Assembly: GCF_009914755.1 (NCBI RefSeq)
Contig: NC_060925.1
Reading direction: 5' to 3' (one strand)
Length of the DNA: 64,000 nt
Source of the DNA: the human T2T-CHM13v2.0 reference genome, Homo sapiens
The notes below the pieces were generated by a model that saw only the letters and a list, made by a program, of their open reading frames with translations, was not told the origin of the DNA and did not search any database. Below, piece by piece: positions 63,201 through 64,000 of the stretch (positions are counted from its first letter, which is position 1; each line of letters opens with the position of its first letter). Both the position numbers and the translations under genes were made by a program.

Positions 63201-63902
63201 TGTCTAGCAAAATATGAAGAAATCCCGTTTCCAACGAAGGCCTCAAAGAGGTCTGAATATCCACTTGCAGACTTTACAAACAGAGTGTTTCCTAACTGCT
63301 CTATGAAAAGAATAGTTAAACTCTGTGAGTTGAACGCACACATCACAAAGGAGTTTATGAGAATCATTCTGTCTAGTCTTTATACGAAGATATTTCCTTT
63401 TCTACCATTGACCTCAAAGCGGCTGAAATCTCCACTTTCAAATTCCACAAAAAGAGTGTTTCAAGTCTGCTCTGTGTAAAGGATCGTTCAAATCTGTGAG
63501 TAGAATACACACAACACAAGGAAGTCACTGAGAATTCTTCTGTCTAGCAGAATATGAAGAAACCCCGTTTCCAACGAAGGCCTCAAGGAGGTCTGAATAT
63601 CCACTTGCAGACTTTACAAACAGAGTGTTTCCTAACTGCTCTATGAAAAGAAAGGTTAAACTCTGTGAGTTGAACGCACACATCACAAAGGAGTTTATGA
63701 GAATCATTCTGTCTAGTTTCTATAAGAAGATATTTCCTATTCTACCATTGACCTCAAAGCGGCTGAAATCTCCACTTGCAAATTCGACAAAAAGAGTGTT
63801 TCAAGCCTGCTCTCTGTAAAGGATCCTTCAACTCTGTGAGTTGAATACACACAACACAAGGAAGTTACTGAGAATTCTTCTGTCTAGCAGAATATGAAGA
63901 AA
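45211..63902 (-). repeat. Run of HOR structural variants: 14-, 12-, 24-, 20-, 14-, 14-, 12-mer
   Basis: Unit starts at 45211, 47590, 49628, 53708, 57107, 59486, 61865 and 63903 give lengths of 2379, 2038, 4080, 3399, 2379, 2379 and 2038 bp. Confidence 0.88.
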
Positions 63903-64000
63903 TCCCGTTTCCAACGAAGGCCACAAGATGTCAGAATATCCACTTGCAGACTTTACAAACAGAGTGTTTCCTAACTGCTCTATGAACAGAAAGGTTAAAC
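58000..64000 (-). repeat. Near-identical copy of about 43725-49725 (offset 14275 bp), running off the window end
   Basis: Variant-bearing landmarks 43812/58087, 44252/58527, 45851/60126, 46631/60906, 47957/62232, 48910/63185 and 49250/63525 all differ by 14275. Confidence 0.92.

Larger units (their letters stand above)
1..64000 (-). repeat. Centromeric alpha satellite HOR array, SF1 dimeric type (about 376 monomers, about 188 dimers of 340 bp); probably D1Z7/D5Z2/D19Z3 (S1C1/5/19H1L) family
   Basis: Continuous 340-bp periodicity (ORF track repeats every 340 bp). Alphoid motifs recur throughout (GAATATCCACTTGCAGA, AACTCTGTGAGTTGAA, CACATCACAAAGGAGTTTCTGAGAAT). Box spacing is 171 + 169 bp (CENP-B box 2373, A-box 2544, CENP-B box 2713). 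Most dimers carry one EcoRI GAATTC (the classical 340-bp EcoRI dimer). The conventional consensus reads on the minus strand. Alpha satellite and SF1 are secure; the family and chromosome assignment is from recall and less certain. Confidence 0.98.

Noticed and set aside
17-63819. Hundreds of 60-105 aa ORFs on both strands (MFPNCSMKRKVKLCELN..., MILRNSFVMCAFNSQ..., MCIQLTELNF...)
   Set aside because: They are chance open frames of the satellite repeated every 340 bp. They overlap on both strands, many use non-ATG starts, and they are freely broken by SNVs and indels. There is no gene structure. I used them only as positional markers.
1-64000. CRISPR-like array or repeat-spacer system (regular palindromic repeats)
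   Set aside because: The sequence between dyads is itself repeated at high identity. There are no unique spacers, leader or cas genes.
1-64000. Embedded L1/Alu insertion, inversion or non-alphoid island
   Set aside because: The 340-bp phase and orientation are continuous throughout, and all unit lengths are multiples of about 340 bp within a few bases. No poly-A tail or target-site duplication was seen.
1-64000. Claim that this window is the kinetochore site (centromere dip region)
   Set aside because: Dense intact CENP-B boxes show an active-type array, but CENP-A occupancy and hypomethylation cannot be read from sequence.

Overview
The whole 64 kb window is one uninterrupted, single-orientation array of primate (human-type) centromeric alpha satellite. 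It holds about 188 dimers of 340 bp (171 + 169 bp monomers), with a CENP-B box in every second monomer. This fits suprachromosomal family 1 (SF1, J1/J2 dimers), most likely the live D1Z7/D5Z2/D19Z3 (S1C1/5/19H1L) family; the 16-mer base unit tentatively favours chr5 D5Z2. I saw no genes, RNA genes, transposon insertions or inversions, and all ORFs in the track are artefacts of the repeat. Eight dimer types (my labels A-H) form a 2720-bp 16-mer higher-order repeat (HOR), but only 5 of 26 HOR units are 16-mers; the rest are 8- to 24-mer structural variants. Several nested duplications can be read from shared SNVs, with offsets of 680, 3400, 5440, 6118, 6123, 9860 and 14275 bp. Hybrid dimers mark their breakpoints, and the SNV haplotype shifts near 31-35 kb. 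I find no evidence for a new biological system: the interest lies in the readable recombination history of an active-type centromeric array. All comparisons were made by eye and from ORF-track offsets, not by alignment.
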